Numbered from the stretch's first letter, positions 10,329 to 22,227 are shown. The stretch is DNA of 64,000 bases from an uncultured bacterium (GCA_963726455.1 CAVSCK010000004.1:1-64000); one strand, 5' to 3'. Program-made: numbers and translations. The notes: generated from the letters alone by a model not told the origin.

Positions 10329-11342
10329 CTAATGCGTGCGTTCATACCAGCGTTTGCAGTGGATGATGTCGCGGTCGGTGATGATGGCGGTAATCAAATT
10401 GACGGGTGTGATGTCAAAGGCGGGGTTAAAGACGCGGACCTGATCGGGCGCAACGTTACAGCCGCCAAAAGAAGTGACCTCGTGCGCGGCACGCTGCTCG
10501 ATTTCGATGTCGATTCCGGACGCGATGCGGTGATCGAAGGTTGAAGTTGGCGCGGCAACGTAGAAGGGAATGCCGTGTTCTTTCGCCAGAACGGCGAGAG
10601 TATAAGTGCCGATTTTATTGGCAACATCATAGTTGATGGCGATGCGGTCGGCGCCGACTATCACGCAGTCGATCGTGCCACGTGACATCAGATAACCCGC
10701 CATGCTGTCGGTTACGAGAGTGACGTCAATACCTTCACGCGTCAATTCCCACGCGGTAAGACGCGATCCCTGCAACACCGGCCGTGTCTCGTCGGCGATA
10801 ACGCACAGCCGTTTGCCGGCGCGCACGGCATGATAGACAACTCCGAGAGCAGTGCCGCAGCCCGCGGTTGCCAAGGCTCCGGCGTTACAGTGCGTGAGAA
10901 TGGTCCCGGTGTCAGGCATCAGCTCACGACCGAGAGTTCCAATGCGCTCGCACATATCGGCGTCGTCCTGATGGATGGCCTTGGCCAGTTCCAGCAGGCG
11001 ATTGTTACGGTCTGGCGCGTCGGCGTAAGCGTGATAGGTGATGAGCATTCGTTCAACCGCCCAGCTCAGATTTACTGCGGTCGGACGCGCGGACTTGATT
11101 TCATTCACCGCGACGGCGAATTCGATGCGATTGCGGCAAATGGCATCAGCCATCACGACGGCATAGGCGGCGGCGACACCGATGAGCGGCGCTCCGCGAA
11201 GCTGAAGGGTCTTGATCGCTGAGACGACTTCATGGTAAGTTTTGAGCGGGATGTAACGTTCCTGTGAAGGCAATAACGTCTGGTCGAGGATCTCCAGTTC
11301 GCCGTTGATCCATTTTATCGTGTGAAAATTGAGCGAATGCAT
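10329..11342 (-). CDS. mtnA: S-methyl-5-thioribose-1-phosphate isomerase
   Basis: LDQTLLP, RGAPLIG, RPTAVNL, THCNAGALAT, ETRP.LQGSRLTAWEL, ANKIGTY, NPAFDITP. Confidence 0.96.
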   Translation of the reverse strand: MHSLNFHTIKWINGELEILDQTLLPSQERYIPLKTYHEVVSAIKTLQLRGAPLIGVAAAYAVVMADAICRNRIEFAVAVNEIKSARPTAVNLSWAVERMLITYHAYADAPDRNNRLLELAKAIHQDDADMCERIGTLGRELMPDTGTILTHCNAGALATAGCGTALGVVYHAVRAGKRLCVIADETRPVLQGSRLTAWELTREGIDVTLVTDSMAGYLMSRGTIDCVIVGADRIAINYDVANKIGTYTLAVLAKEHGIPFYVAAPTSTFDHRIASGIDIEIEQRAAHEVTSFGGCNVAPDQVRVFNPAFDITPVNLITAIITDRDIIHCKRWYERTH

Positions 11343-11348
11343 ACTTAG

Positions 11349-12381
<1,033 letters not shown>

Positions 12382-12385
<4 letters not shown>

Positions 12386-13014
12386 GAAGCTTTACTCCTG
12401 TTCCGAAGATAACGTCTTCGTAGTATGACAGTCAAGATGACAATTCCGGTTCCGATTAGAATGAACCAGCCATAAACCGCCAGGATATGGTCGATTTTGT
12501 GCCAATCGTGCCGCAGCCGCACTGCCAGGAAGAGCACGGCAAAGTTCCAGGTCAGTGTTGAAATGAGCGAATAGATGAACATGCGGGTCACCGGAACATT
12601 GCCGACACCGGCAAATAACGCCAGTAGCGCGCGGATGCCGGAGAGCCAGCGCGAGAACAGCAATATTTCGTTGCCCCAGCGACCGAACCAGCGTTCGACC
12701 TTATTGAGCTTGTCGATGCCGAGCCAGCGCGCATGTGGGTTCTGGAAAGCCGCACGGCCCTTGCTGCGGCCGAGGTAGTACAAAAGCATGACGGACATCA
12801 GAGTACCGATGACGGACAAGAAGTAAATAGCCACCAGGGAGGCGTGTCCGCCGGCGGCGTAAACGCCGCAAACAAATATCACCGTGTCACCGGGAAATGG
12901 GGGAATGATGTTTTCTACGATCATGGCAACCAGAACGATCAAGTATATCGTGAGGGTGCCGTGCTGAGCGATGAAGTCGAAGATGAGATCGGCTTTCGCG
13001 AAGAATAGATCCAT
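12382..13014 (-). CDS. DedA family membrane protein
   Basis: ENIIPPFPGD, YYLGR..G, RWLSGIR..AG motifs. Confidence 0.9.
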
Positions 13015-13499
13015 TATCTGCTTAGCAGTACCACGGCCATGGCGGCGATGCCTTCCTCGCGGCCGGTAAATCCCATCTTCTCAGTGGTGGTCGCTTTGAC
13101 CGAGACTGAGTCGAGGGGAGCATCGAACATGGCAGAGATGTTCTGGCGCATGCGTTCGGAGTGAGGAGCGATCTTTGGCTCTTCGCAAATTATCGTGATG
13201 TCGGCGTTGACGAATTTCCATTTGTCCTGTCGCACGATCGCGGCCACGCGTTCAAGGATTATCAGTGACGAGATGTCCTGGAATTCGGGATCGCTCGGGG
13301 GAAAATGTTGGCCGATGTCACCGAGTGAAGCCGCACCGAGGAGTGCATCACAGAGCGCGTGCAGGACAACATCGGCGTCCGAGTGTCCCGCCAGTCCGCG
13401 TGGATGATCAATAAGAACGCCCCCGAGTACCAGCTTGCGACCATCGGCGAAGCGATGAGCGTCGAAGCCGGAGCCAATTCGGAAAATCGTATCTGCCAT
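13014..13499 (-). CDS. ispF: 2-C-methyl-D-erythritol 2,4-cyclodiphosphate synthase
   Basis: RIG.GFDAH, GHSDADVVLHALCDALLGA, DIGQHFP, VKATTTEKMGFTGREEG. Confidence 0.97.
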   Translation of the reverse strand: MADTIFRIGSGFDAHRFADGRKLVLGGVLIDHPRGLAGHSDADVVLHALCDALLGAASLGDIGQHFPPSDPEFQDISSLIILERVAAIVRQDKWKFVNADITIICEEPKIAPHSERMRQNISAMFDAPLDSVSVKATTTEKMGFTGREEGIAAMAVVLLSR

Positions 13500-13510
13500 A
13501 GTCTCGCGTG

Positions 13511-14191
13511 TTAATCGTGTAGTATTTTCTTGGCCAGTTCGAGGTCTTCCGGCGTGGTGATTTTGATATTGGCCGTGCTGCCCTCGACAATGCGAACGCT
13601 GATGCCGTACGCTTCGCAGACGGCGGCATCATCGGTAAAGGTGCGTTTCTGATCGAGCGCCTGAATGTAGGCGGAAATGATGGCTTCGTACTTGAACGCC
13701 TGCGGTGTTTGCGCGACATAAATCTTGTCACGATCCAGAGTGGCAATGACGAATTTGTCCTCGACCCGCTTGAGCGTTTCGTTCTGCTTGACCGCCAGAA
13801 TGGCAGCATCATGCAACTCGGCTTCCTTGCCGACCCGCTCGATCTCTTGTGGAGTGACAAACGGCCGCACCGCGTCATGAATGAACACCAGATTCGCTGA
13901 TTCAGGAATCGAGCGCAAGCCGCAGAGAATGGAGTCGAAACGCGTAGTGCCGCCGGCGACGATTTTGGCGATTTTGCCCAGATTGTAGCGGTCAACGATG
14001 GCTTCCTTGGCGTAGACTAGATATTCGCTGCCAACCACGAGGTGGATGGCATCGATGCAGCCCGTGCGTTCGAATTGTTCGATGGTCCAGACGATCAGCG
14101 GTTTCTGGCCGATCGGCCGGAATTGTTTGGGAACGGCGCCGGGCAGACGAGTGCCCGATCCGGCGGCGGTGATTATGCAGTAGTTTCTCAT
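13511..14191 (-). CDS. ispD: 2-C-methyl-D-erythritol 4-phosphate cytidylyltransferase
   Basis: AAGSGTR..PKQF, HDAVRP, QTPQ.F, TDDA, NIKITTPEDL. Confidence 0.97.
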   Translation of the reverse strand: MRNYCIITAAGSGTRLPGAVPKQFRPIGQKPLIVWTIEQFERTGCIDAIHLVVGSEYLVYAKEAIVDRYNLGKIAKIVAGGTTRFDSILCGLRSIPESANLVFIHDAVRPFVTPQEIERVGKEAELHDAAILAVKQNETLKRVEDKFVIATLDRDKIYVAQTPQAFKYEAIISAYIQALDQKRTFTDDAAVCEAYGISVRIVEGSTANIKITTPEDLELAKKILHD

Positions 14192-15207
14192 GTAATTATC
14201 ATGGCGTCGCCATAGGAATAGAAACGATACTTGTTCGCTACGGCGAAATTATAGGCGTTCAGGGTATGGTCGATACCGGCGAAGGCAGCAATCAGAGCCA
14301 GAAGCGATGACTCCGGCAGGTGGAAGTTGGTGATTATCGACTTGACGACTTTGAATTCGAAGTCGGGGTAGATAAACAGGTCGGTTTCATCGTGTCCGGC
14401 AACGATTTCCTGATGCTTTTGGAAACAGCCCTCAAGTGCGCGCGCCGAACTGGTGCCGACCGCGATAATGCGCCGATTCTTCTTGATCGCCTTATTAACC
14501 AACTTGGCAGTGTCCTTGGAAATCCAATATTCCTCAGAATCCATTTTGTGTTTGTCGTAGTGTTTGGCCTCAATCGGCTTGAACGTGCCACGACCGATAT
14601 CGAGCCGAAGCTGGCAGATTTCAACGCCCATGTCGTCGATCTGTTCCAGCAACTCTTCAGTAAAATGCAGCCCCGCAGTCGGCGCCGCAATGGAAAAACC
14701 TTCCTTGGCGTATACGGTCTGATACATCTTGCGGTCGACGGAGGAATCCTCACGTTTGATGTAGGGCGGCAACGGCATGTGGCCGTACTTTTCCATCAGA
14801 GCGTCTGCAGTCGATCCGGTGAATTTGATGCGACGCGATCCATCCGGCAACACCGAAACGATCGTTGCATTTTCGCGCGCCGAGAAATAGAAACGGTCGC
14901 CGGCTTTGGCTTTCTTGCCGGGACGAACCAGGCAAATCCACTCGTCAGGGGACAATTTTTCCACGAGGAATATCTCACAGCGCCTGCCGGCCTGTCCGCC
15001 GACTCCGTAGAGGCGCGATCGTTGCACCATCGTGTCGTTCATCACCAGAAGGTCGTCTTTAGCGAGCAGCTTTGTGATGTCGCTGAACAAGTATTCCTTG
15101 AGTTCGCCGGTCGCTTTCTCCATGTGGAGGAGCTTGCAGCGGTCACGCTTGTCCAACGGAAACTGCGCTATCAACTCTTCGGGTAATTGATAGGTAATCT
15201 TTTCCAT
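14188..15207 (-). CDS. queA: S-adenosylmethionine:tRNA ribosyltransferase-isomerase
   Basis: Y.LPEELIAQ.P, PLPPYIKR, YQTVYA, AAPTAGLHFT, TNFHLP.SSLL, YRFYSYGDAM. Confidence 0.97.
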   Translation of the reverse strand: MEKITYQLPEELIAQFPLDKRDRCKLLHMEKATGELKEYLFSDITKLLAKDDLLVMNDTMVQRSRLYGVGGQAGRRCEIFLVEKLSPDEWICLVRPGKKAKAGDRFYFSARENATIVSVLPDGSRRIKFTGSTADALMEKYGHMPLPPYIKREDSSVDRKMYQTVYAKEGFSIAAPTAGLHFTEELLEQIDDMGVEICQLRLDIGRGTFKPIEAKHYDKHKMDSEEYWISKDTAKLVNKAIKKNRRIIAVGTSSARALEGCFQKHQEIVAGHDETDLFIYPDFEFKVVKSIITNFHLPESSLLALIAAFAGIDHTLNAYNFAVANKYRFYSYGDAMIIT

Positions 15208-15264
15208 AGTTGTTAGTTTTTCGCCCGAGCTTTTGCCCTCTTTTGGGCTGGTACCTTTCTAATG

Positions 15265-16287
15265 CTACAATAGTTTTCCCTGTTGTGGCTCCTGGCTGAG
15301 ATCCAGATGCTTATAGGCCCCCGGCGTGGCAACGCGGCCCCTCGGGGTGCGATCCAACAAGCCCTCCTGTATCAAGTACGGCTCATAAATCTCTTCGATA
15401 GTCTCGGCTTCTTCACCGACAGCCGCAGCCAGAGTATTCAGTCCGACGGGTCCGCCGTGGAATTTGCCGATTAGCACGCTGATAATTCGCTTGTCCATGT
15501 CATCCAACCCCAATTCATCGACGTCGAGACGGTCGAGACTATCGCTCGCAAGCTGCTCGTTGATTCGTCCGTCGCCCTTGACCTGCGCGAAGTCGCGGAT
15601 GCGCCGCAGCAACCGATTAGCAATACGTGGTGTGCCGCGCGAACGACGGGCAATCTGTCGGCAGCCGGACTCGTCGACTTCGACTTTGAGAATACGCGCC
15701 GAGCGTCTGATAATTCGTTCGATATCTTCGACGACGTAATAGTCGAGGCGTCCCACTACCCCGAAACGCGCGCGCATCGGCGACGTCAACAATCCGGCGC
15801 GGGTGGTGGCGCCGATCAAGGTGAACGGCTTAAGCGGCAGTTTTACCGAGCGTGCAGCGGGGCCCTTGTCAATCATGATGTCAAGCGTGAAATCTTCGAG
15901 AGCCGGATACAGATATTCTTCCACGACGCGGTTGATGCGATGAATTTCATCGATGAACAAGACGTCGCGTTCGTTGAGATTGGTCAGAATTCCTGCGAGG
16001 TCGATGGCTTTTTCCATAATAGGGCCGGAGGTAGCTTTGATGGATACGCCCAGTTCGTTGGCAATGATGAATGCCAGAGTGGTCTTGCCCAATCCCGGAG
16101 GCCCGTAGAACAGGCAATGGTCGAGCGCCTCGCCGCGCTGACGGGCGGCTTCGATAAATACCTTGAGGTTCTCGACAACCTTGCCCTGGCCGATGAATTC
16201 ATCGAACTTGGTCGGCCGCAGGGTGGCGTCGAATTCGGCCTCGCCATTAATGACCTGTGGTGTTGTTAATCTTTCTGTATCTGACAT
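15265..16287 (-). CDS. ruvB: Holliday junction branch migration helicase RuvB
   Basis: [48 protein letters not shown]. Confidence 0.98.
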   Translation of the reverse strand: MSDTERLTTPQVINGEAEFDATLRPTKFDEFIGQGKVVENLKVFIEAARQRGEALDHCLFYGPPGLGKTTLAFIIANELGVSIKATSGPIMEKAIDLAGILTNLNERDVLFIDEIHRINRVVEEYLYPALEDFTLDIMIDKGPAARSVKLPLKPFTLIGATTRAGLLTSPMRARFGVVGRLDYYVVEDIERIIRRSARILKVEVDESGCRQIARRSRGTPRIANRLLRRIRDFAQVKGDGRINEQLASDSLDRLDVDELGLDDMDKRIISVLIGKFHGGPVGLNTLAAAVGEEAETIEEIYEPYLIQEGLLDRTPRGRVATPGAYKHLDLSQEPQQGKLL

Positions 16288-16303
16288 TGCTGCTCGTGAA
16301 TTC

Positions 16304-16894
16304 TTATACCGTGGCTTTCAGTGCTTCGCGAATAATGACTTCCGACGGCTGCTGAGTACCGATCTCTTTCAACACAGCATCGACTGCTTTCTTGGCTTCG
16401 TAGCGACTGTATCCCAGCGCTTCGAGAGCCATGATGGCTTCCTCAACCTGCGAAATCTTAATTTGGGTGGCGATGCCTGTTGAGGCCATCACTTTTGCGA
16501 CCTTTTCCTTGAGTTCGAGAATTACTCTGCCGGCAGTCTTGGGGCCGATGCCCGACACTGACGACAGCAGTTTCTTGTCTTCCGCCATGATCGAGTTCAC
16601 CAGATCGTCAAGTTTAATGCCGGACAGAATCGTGAGCGCCAGTTTCACACCGACACCCGAAACGGACAGGAGAAGCTCGAAGACTTCACGCTCGGCCTCG
16701 GTGGCGAAACCGACGAGATCCATGCCGTTCTCCTTGACCTGCAAGGAGGTGAAGAGATGCACTTCTTCGTTGGCATCCGGAAGCGACTGATAAGTTGAGA
16801 GGGGAATCAACACCTTGTAGCCGACGCCCATCACGATCACTTCGACTTTGTCGGATGCTTTGCGCGCGATTCTACCGCGCAGAGACGAAATCAA
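16304..16894 (-). CDS. ruvA: Holliday junction DNA-binding protein RuvA
   Basis: [35 protein letters not shown]; operon context. Confidence 0.96.
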   Translation of the reverse strand: MISSLRGRIARKASDKVEVIVMGVGYKVLIPLSTYQSLPDANEEVHLFTSLQVKENGMDLVGFATEAEREVFELLLSVSGVGVKLALTILSGIKLDDLVNSIMAEDKKLLSSVSGIGPKTAGRVILELKEKVAKVMASTGIATQIKISQVEEAIMALEALGYSRYEAKKAVDAVLKEIGTQQPSEVIIREALKATV

Positions 16895-17367
16895 AATCGC
16901 CTCGCTTTCTTGAGATAGTGGCAGTAGGCAACCGCCAGCGCATCGGAGACGTCGAACGGCGAGGGGCCTTCTCGAAGATTCAGCAGTTGCTTGATCATGT
17001 AATTGACTTGTTCTTTCGATGCCGAACCCCGACCCACGACCGCCTGCTTGACTTCACGCGGAGAATACTCATAGATCGGCAGGCCGTTCAGTCCGCAGGC
17101 CAGCATTACAGCGCCGCGCGCCTGTCCCAAACTTAATGCCACCTTGACGTTCTTGCCGTAGAAACCTTCTTCGACTGCAACCTCGGACGGGGACGATGTG
17201 TCGAGCAGTTGTTTTACCCGCACGAAAATACTCTTGAGCCGATCAGACAGAATACTGCCGTTGGTGGTGTGGGTGCCCGCATCAATTAGTTTCACTTTGT
17301 CTCCGTCGACATCGAGAATACCATAGCCGGTGACGGCTAACCCGGGGTCGATCCCGAGGATCTTCAT
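16891..17367 (-). CDS. ruvC: Crossover junction endodeoxyribonuclease RuvC
   Basis: ILGIDPG..TGYG, LGQARG, EYSP..VK.AVVG.G.A.KEQV, D.SDALAVA. Confidence 0.97.
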   Translation of the reverse strand: MKILGIDPGLAVTGYGILDVDGDKVKLIDAGTHTTNGSILSDRLKSIFVRVKQLLDTSSPSEVAVEEGFYGKNVKVALSLGQARGAVMLACGLNGLPIYEYSPREVKQAVVGRGSASKEQVNYMIKQLLNLREGPSPFDVSDALAVAYCHYLKKARRF

Positions 17368-18116
17368 TAGCCGCTCAGCTTCTCGAGGAGCTCGTCGTCG
17401 ATATCGAAGTTGGCGTAGACTTTCTGGACGTCGTCGTGTTCGTCCAGTGATTCGTAAAGCTTGATCATCTGTTCGGCGTGCTTGGCGTCGAGTTTGACGA
17501 AGTTCTGCGGTACCTTGGATACTTCCGCAGAGACCATCGGCAAGCCCTTTTTCTCCAGCGCTACGCGAACCGGTTCAAAGGCATCGGGAGCAGTGGTGAT
17601 TTCGTAAACGTCGCCTTCGCCGGAAACGTCGGAGGCGCCGGCTTCAAGTGCCAATTCCAGCAATTCATCTTCGCCGATCTTTGATTTTTCGATCTCGATC
17701 ACGCCCTTCTTTTCGAAGATCCAGCCGACACAGCCCGCTTCGCCGAGATTTCCGGAATGTTTGGTAAACATATGGCGGATGTCGGAGACGGTGCGGTTCT
17801 TGTTGTCGGTAAAGACCTCGACCAGGACCGCGACGCCACCAGGACCGTAACCTTCGTAGGTGACTTCTTCGTAATTAACGCCGGGAAGTTCGCCGGTGCC
17901 TTTCTGGATCGCACGCTTGATGTTGTCGGCGGGCATACTGCTGGCTTTGGCCGCCAGGATTGCCGACCTGAGACGAGGATTGCCTTCGGGATTGCCGCCA
18001 CCGGAACGCGCCGCGACGGTGATTTCCTTGATGAGTTTGGTGAACAGCCGGCCGCGCTCGGCATCGGCTTTCCCTTTCTTACGTTTTATCGTCGACCATT
18101 TGGAATGACCGGACAT
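17367..18116 (-). CDS. yebC: YebC/PmpR family protein
   Basis: [41 protein letters not shown]; RBS GGAGG before ATG at 18116. Confidence 0.96.
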   Translation of the reverse strand: MSGHSKWSTIKRKKGKADAERGRLFTKLIKEITVAARSGGGNPEGNPRLRSAILAAKASSMPADNIKRAIQKGTGELPGVNYEEVTYEGYGPGGVAVLVEVFTDNKNRTVSDIRHMFTKHSGNLGEAGCVGWIFEKKGVIEIEKSKIGEDELLELALEAGASDVSGEGDVYEITTAPDAFEPVRVALEKKGLPMVSAEVSKVPQNFVKLDAKHAEQMIKLYESLDEHDDVQKVYANFDIDDELLEKLSG

Positions 18117-18283
18117 CGATACCTCCAACAAATCAATACTAAACATCGCATTTTAACACTCCGGACGGCGCTACGCAATAGAAATCAGCGAGTTTACGGA
18201 CGCCGCAAATGCAGACGCAGAGGGGGTTTCAGGAGCAGTGTGGTTGGGGTTGCTGCGACCGGGAGCGACCGCTGAAAAGAGCG

Positions 18284-18964
18284 CTACTGCAGGTGATAGA
18301 GAATGCTGAAATAGACGGGCACGAACAGCAGATTCTGGTTGAGCGGCCCGGTGTTGGCACCGGCGGTTTGCCATGAAGAGCGACAGGAATTGAGATAGAT
18401 GCCCTCGATGGAGAATGACGCGCTCAAAGTCGGCGTCAGGTCGCTTACGAATCCAATACCTGCCGAAAATGCCGGCTGACCGCCAAGAGTGTAATCGCCG
18501 ACAGTTACAGGATCGTTGCCCGGTTGCGGCATCGACCAGCGGTTGGCATCGAAGATGCCGACGCCGACCTTGATGAAGGGGCGATACTTGCCGGTCGGCA
18601 CGACCTGATATTGATAGAACACGCTCGCACGGCGAATGCGCATACGGGATTTGTCTTTCTGACCTGCGGCCGCCAGGATTGACAGTCGCTTGGGACTGAA
18701 GGTGGAATAGGACAACTCCAATCCGGCAATCGAAGTGTTGGAGAGATAGCAACCCGCTTCGAGAGTGAGCGAGAAACCATCCTTGCGCCAACTCGAAGCA
18801 GGATCGTTATAGTTCTCATCGGCCATTGCACCCATCGGAATGGCATATGCAAACTTGGGAGAGAGGTAGACTGAGCCGGTACGATCAAGGTCGAGATGGG
18901 CGCCTGCGAATGCATGGGAAGCGCAAACCAGAACCAGGGCTGTGACAATTATTCTTCTCATCAC
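18284..18964 (-). CDS. Outer-membrane beta-barrel (OmpA/OmpW-like) protein
   Basis: Signal peptide, alternating beta-strand pattern, RPFIKVGVG, aromatic-rich C-terminal strand. Confidence 0.7.
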   Translation of the reverse strand: MMRRIIVTALVLVCASHAFAGAHLDLDRTGSVYLSPKFAYAIPMGAMADENYNDPASSWRKDGFSLTLEAGCYLSNTSIAGLELSYSTFSPKRLSILAAAGQKDKSRMRIRRASVFYQYQVVPTGKYRPFIKVGVGIFDANRWSMPQPGNDPVTVGDYTLGGQPAFSAGIGFVSDLTPTLSASFSIEGIYLNSCRSSWQTAGANTGPLNQNLLFVPVYFSILYHLQ

Positions 18965-19001
18965 AGTTTGTATCGGCAGAATCAGGGTTTGTATTTAGCG
19001 G

Positions 19002-19667
19002 TCAAGGTTTGCAATTTCGGCAGGGGGAAAAACAAAGTTCAAGGAAATAGTCGCGGTCGGAGTTGCGCACCAGCGAGCTTGTGTCGCTAAGGGCGACCGA
19101 ATTGCAGCCGGGACGGTGGAAGCGCAGAGTCTCTGAATTACCGAAATAACGGCTCTCCGGGCGTGGCTGGGGCAGCGACCAGACGCCTTGGTGCTTCCGG
19201 AGAGCGGTCTTCTGCGCCAGGCATAGCCGGTCGGCATAAGGGCTGGAGGCCATGTTTTCCTCGAAAAAGTAGGTGCGCGCCAGTCCTTCGACCAAAAGCC
19301 GCTCATTGACGAAAATCGAGTCATCGGCAAAAACAAAGGCCAATGACCGCCCATAACGGTCGGTCGGCTCCGGTCCCAGCTCGAATTTGAGCCGGCGGCC
19401 AGCCAGGAAGCGGGCGAGCTCGGCCTTGGCCTCGGCGTAATACGGTTCGCCTTTTTCGGGGGTGTCCAGCGCCAGGAGACGAATCTTGCGGCCATCGGCG
19501 TCCACGAAGGTGTCGCCGTCAATTACCCTGACTGATCCGGCCTTACCCTCCGGCAGCGGGCGCGGTTTTTGATACTGCTGCTTTATTATTATTGATAATA
19601 CAAGGAGAGCAAGAATAATCAGGACAAAAATAAGGCGGTTAAATGCACGGGAGGAAGCCCGACTCAA
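19002..19667 (-). CDS. Membrane-anchored thermonuclease (SNase) with C-terminal Ada-like Cys motif
   Basis: VIDGDTF, IRLLALDTPE, DRYGRSLA.V, VNE.LL.EGLA; C-terminal FHRPGC..PCRNCKP. Confidence 0.9.
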   Translation of the reverse strand: MSRASSRAFNRLIFVLIILALLVLSIIIKQQYQKPRPLPEGKAGSVRVIDGDTFVDADGRKIRLLALDTPEKGEPYYAEAKAELARFLAGRRLKFELGPEPTDRYGRSLAFVFADDSIFVNERLLVEGLARTYFFEENMASSPYADRLCLAQKTALRKHQGVWSLPQPRPESRYFGNSETLRFHRPGCNSVALSDTSSLVRNSDRDYFLELCFSPCRNCKP

Positions 19668-20986
19668 AGATCTTCGCCCTGCAGCCGGTCACGCAGAAGC
19701 CGCATCTCCTCAGTGTCGTGCCCGAAATCGGCCGCTTCGTTAAGGTGGTGCATGGAGCGCTTCTTACGTCCCAGCTCAAGATAGACCTCGGCGGCAAGGA
19801 TGTGCGCCGATTGATTGGTGGGCGAGACGCGAATGGCCGCTTCGATTTCTTTGCGGGCCTCAGTGAGATTATCTTCCAACAGGAAATATTCGGCCAGGAT
19901 CATGTGCGGCTCGGGATACTGCGGGTCAAGATCAATCGAGCGCTTGGCCGCAGCGAGCAACTTGTCCTGCTCGATTATTTCGCCGGCGCGCGCGCGTTCC
20001 AGATAGACGTATGCCAGCCCGACATAGAAGCCACCATCAAAGGGATTCTTGCGAATGGCCTTGAGCACTTCTTCCTCGGCAAGTTCAGCGCGCTCCTGCA
20101 TCAGGTAGGTCCAGCCAAGAGCAAAATTGACCTGTGCGCTGCCGGGGTTATACTGGAATGCTTTTTTGATGTGCTTTTCGGCCTCGTCGAATTGCTGCAG
20201 TTCTTTGAACGTAAAAGCAATTCCAAGGTGCATATCGAAGTCGTGCGGATTCTGTAACAGGGCCTCATTAAACGAATCCAAGGCCAGATCGAAATTGCCG
20301 ACACCAAGGAAATAGTCAGCGCGCTGGCGCGGATCATTCTGGATTTCGGACAGCAGATGCAGATGCGAAAGCACTTCACGATTGTCGGGCGACAGGCGGT
20401 GCGCTTCGGAGAAGGCACGGCGCGCGCCACGATAGTCGGCCTGCTCCAACTGCAGCAGCCCCACGCCGATCTGAGCGCGGCTGGCATAAAAGCTGTCGTC
20501 AGTGAGATCGTTATCAATCGCCTTCTGGAAAGCGATGGAGGCATCGGCGTATTGCTTCATGTTGAAGAGAATGAAACCCAGTTCAACGAGATACTTGGCG
20601 GAATCAGGGAACTCGATCAGCGACTTCTCGATTTCTTCCTTGCTGGACTTCATGCGCCCCGATTTCTGGAACACCAGCGCGCGATGGAAATGCGCTTCGG
20701 GCGCCAGCGGAAATTCCCAACTGATAAAGGATTGCGACGGGTGGCGCAGCAGGTAGTTGTTGTATTCCTCGGAGGAATTGAAGAACCGCTTTTGGGCACG
20801 GACCCGCCCGGTCAGTTTGGAGACATAATGGGAGCGCGAGAGGATTTTCTCGGTCTCTTCGAGGACGGTCTTGTAGTCGCCCTCCTCCAAAGCGTCGTTT
20901 ATCAGTTCAAATTGGCTTTCGGGGTCGTGAAAATGGTTCACCCTATGCCAAAACGCCCCTAGCCAGTCTTTCAGTGATATCTTCAT
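19664..20986 (-). CDS. Tetratricopeptide repeat protein
   Basis: Many 34-aa helical repeats with A..LG..Y...G.Y..A...F.KA....P pattern. Confidence 0.88.
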   Translation of the reverse strand: MKISLKDWLGAFWHRVNHFHDPESQFELINDALEEGDYKTVLEETEKILSRSHYVSKLTGRVRAQKRFFNSSEEYNNYLLRHPSQSFISWEFPLAPEAHFHRALVFQKSGRMKSSKEEIEKSLIEFPDSAKYLVELGFILFNMKQYADASIAFQKAIDNDLTDDSFYASRAQIGVGLLQLEQADYRGARRAFSEAHRLSPDNREVLSHLHLLSEIQNDPRQRADYFLGVGNFDLALDSFNEALLQNPHDFDMHLGIAFTFKELQQFDEAEKHIKKAFQYNPGSAQVNFALGWTYLMQERAELAEEEVLKAIRKNPFDGGFYVGLAYVYLERARAGEIIEQDKLLAAAKRSIDLDPQYPEPHMILAEYFLLEDNLTEARKEIEAAIRVSPTNQSAHILAAEVYLELGRKKRSMHHLNEAADFGHDTEEMRLLRDRLQGEDL

Positions 20987-20994
20987 TCGCTGCT

Positions 20995-21022
20995 AATGTA
21001 CGTAAGTTTTAGATTTGGTCAA
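20995..21022 (-). promoter_or_regulatory. sigma70-type promoter, probably leaderless TPR transcript
   Basis: TTGACC-N16-TACATT on the minus strand; ATG is 8 nt after the -10 box and there is no SD. Confidence 0.55.
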
Positions 21023-21039
21023 GGACATTATATCGAACT

Positions 21040-21268
21040 ATTATTAACGATAATAAAGATAGTCTGAATGTAGTAGGCGGCAGGCGATATTGGGGCAGGA
21101 CTTGGGCGATAGTCGGGTCAGGATCTGCCGACAGAGAGGTGTAATTATTAATGATAATAGCAAGTTTGGCGGGGATCGGGAGGGTCGGAGCCCAAATTGG
21201 CGTAATTGCCGGAATGGCTGGCTAGCGAGATGATAACACGGAACAGGCGTATATTATTAATGATAATA
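21040..21268. repeat. Three periodic copies of the AT-rich quasi-palindrome ATTATTAA(T/C)GATAATA
   Basis: Copies at 21040-21055, 21144-21159 and 21253-21268 (spacing 104 and 109 bp). Confidence 0.7.
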
Positions 21269-21516
21269 GCTTTGGAGAATGAGCTAGAAACCGTGCCTTA
21301 CCTCATGCCGGAGGCCGGCGTGACGGGGCAAGAAACCCGGGCTGGTGTAGGTCAGGTGATAGTGCAAACGGGGCGGATGGCTGGAAGATTCCGGATTTAC
21401 AGCCCTGGTTGGGGGGCTATATAGAGGAAATGGCGAAAATGGGAGGGGAATCAGGTGTCCGGATGGGAAGAGGGGAAGGCATATACAGGGAAAGGGGGTT
21501 CGTCAAGGCAGTTGCG

Positions 21517-21542
21517 GTCGTCAGGAAGGGATTCCTGACGAC
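21517..21542. repeat. CGTC-type REP palindrome
   Basis: GTCGTCAGGAAGGGATTCCTGACGAC; same family recurs in the 27.2-28.2 kb array and at 42546-42569. Confidence 0.75.
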
Positions 21543-21626
21543 GCCCTAAAGACAGACTATCTGTGTGGGCTGCACCGTTTAGGCAAGGGGAGAGCCACCA
21601 TCGCCCGGGTGGATGCAAAAATGTTC

Positions 21627-21697
21627 TTGACATTCCGGCGCAAAACTGTACATTGCAGCCGGTTGGTTGAACGTTTTGATGTGACTTGATCACATCA
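21627..21697 (+). promoter_or_regulatory. sigma70 promoter with downstream operator-like palindrome
   Basis: TTGACA-N16-TACATT (21627-21654); TGATGTGA-N5-TCACATCA (21677-21697). Confidence 0.6.
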
Positions 21698-22227
21698 TGT
21701 TTGCAGAACAAGCACTTTTACGAAGCATAAGCCTCAAAAACCAAGATCTCGCATTTGGTAACGTTGGATTTTATCCGCGTCAAATCAAAGCAGAGATGGT
21801 CATTCTTAATCCTTTTCTACCAAATCTCATTTTTCATTTACTTGTCGTTGATTACTAACTTGTTGTCTTCTACAGATCGAGGAGGTGAAATCGCTTAGGG
21901 CGGTTCACGTTTAGATAAAGAAACCTAGACAATTATCGTGTACGACCCATTTGGGGAAAACTAAAGTATCAATTCGGTTCGCCGAATACGATAAGGTAGT
22001 TAACCCCTGACTCCAGATTAGGAATCAGTAAGAACGTAGTTGGCCTGTGATCCTAATACCCTAGACAAGTTGAACGGATCTGCGCCGGCTTGAGTAGTTC
22101 CCGGGAGCTACGCCAGACTACATGATCTGTCGCGGCAGACGGGAGCGGAATGCTGACGTGTCCAAGTCGAGATGGCTTGGAGAGGTTGACTACAAACGTT
22201 ATTTCCTAAGTGTTAAGGAGGAAGTAC

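Noticed and set aside
21040-21268. Mini-CRISPR reading of the three AT-rich repeats
   Set aside because: The repeat is only 16-19 bp and the spacers are ~90 bp, outside CRISPR geometry; no cas genes.
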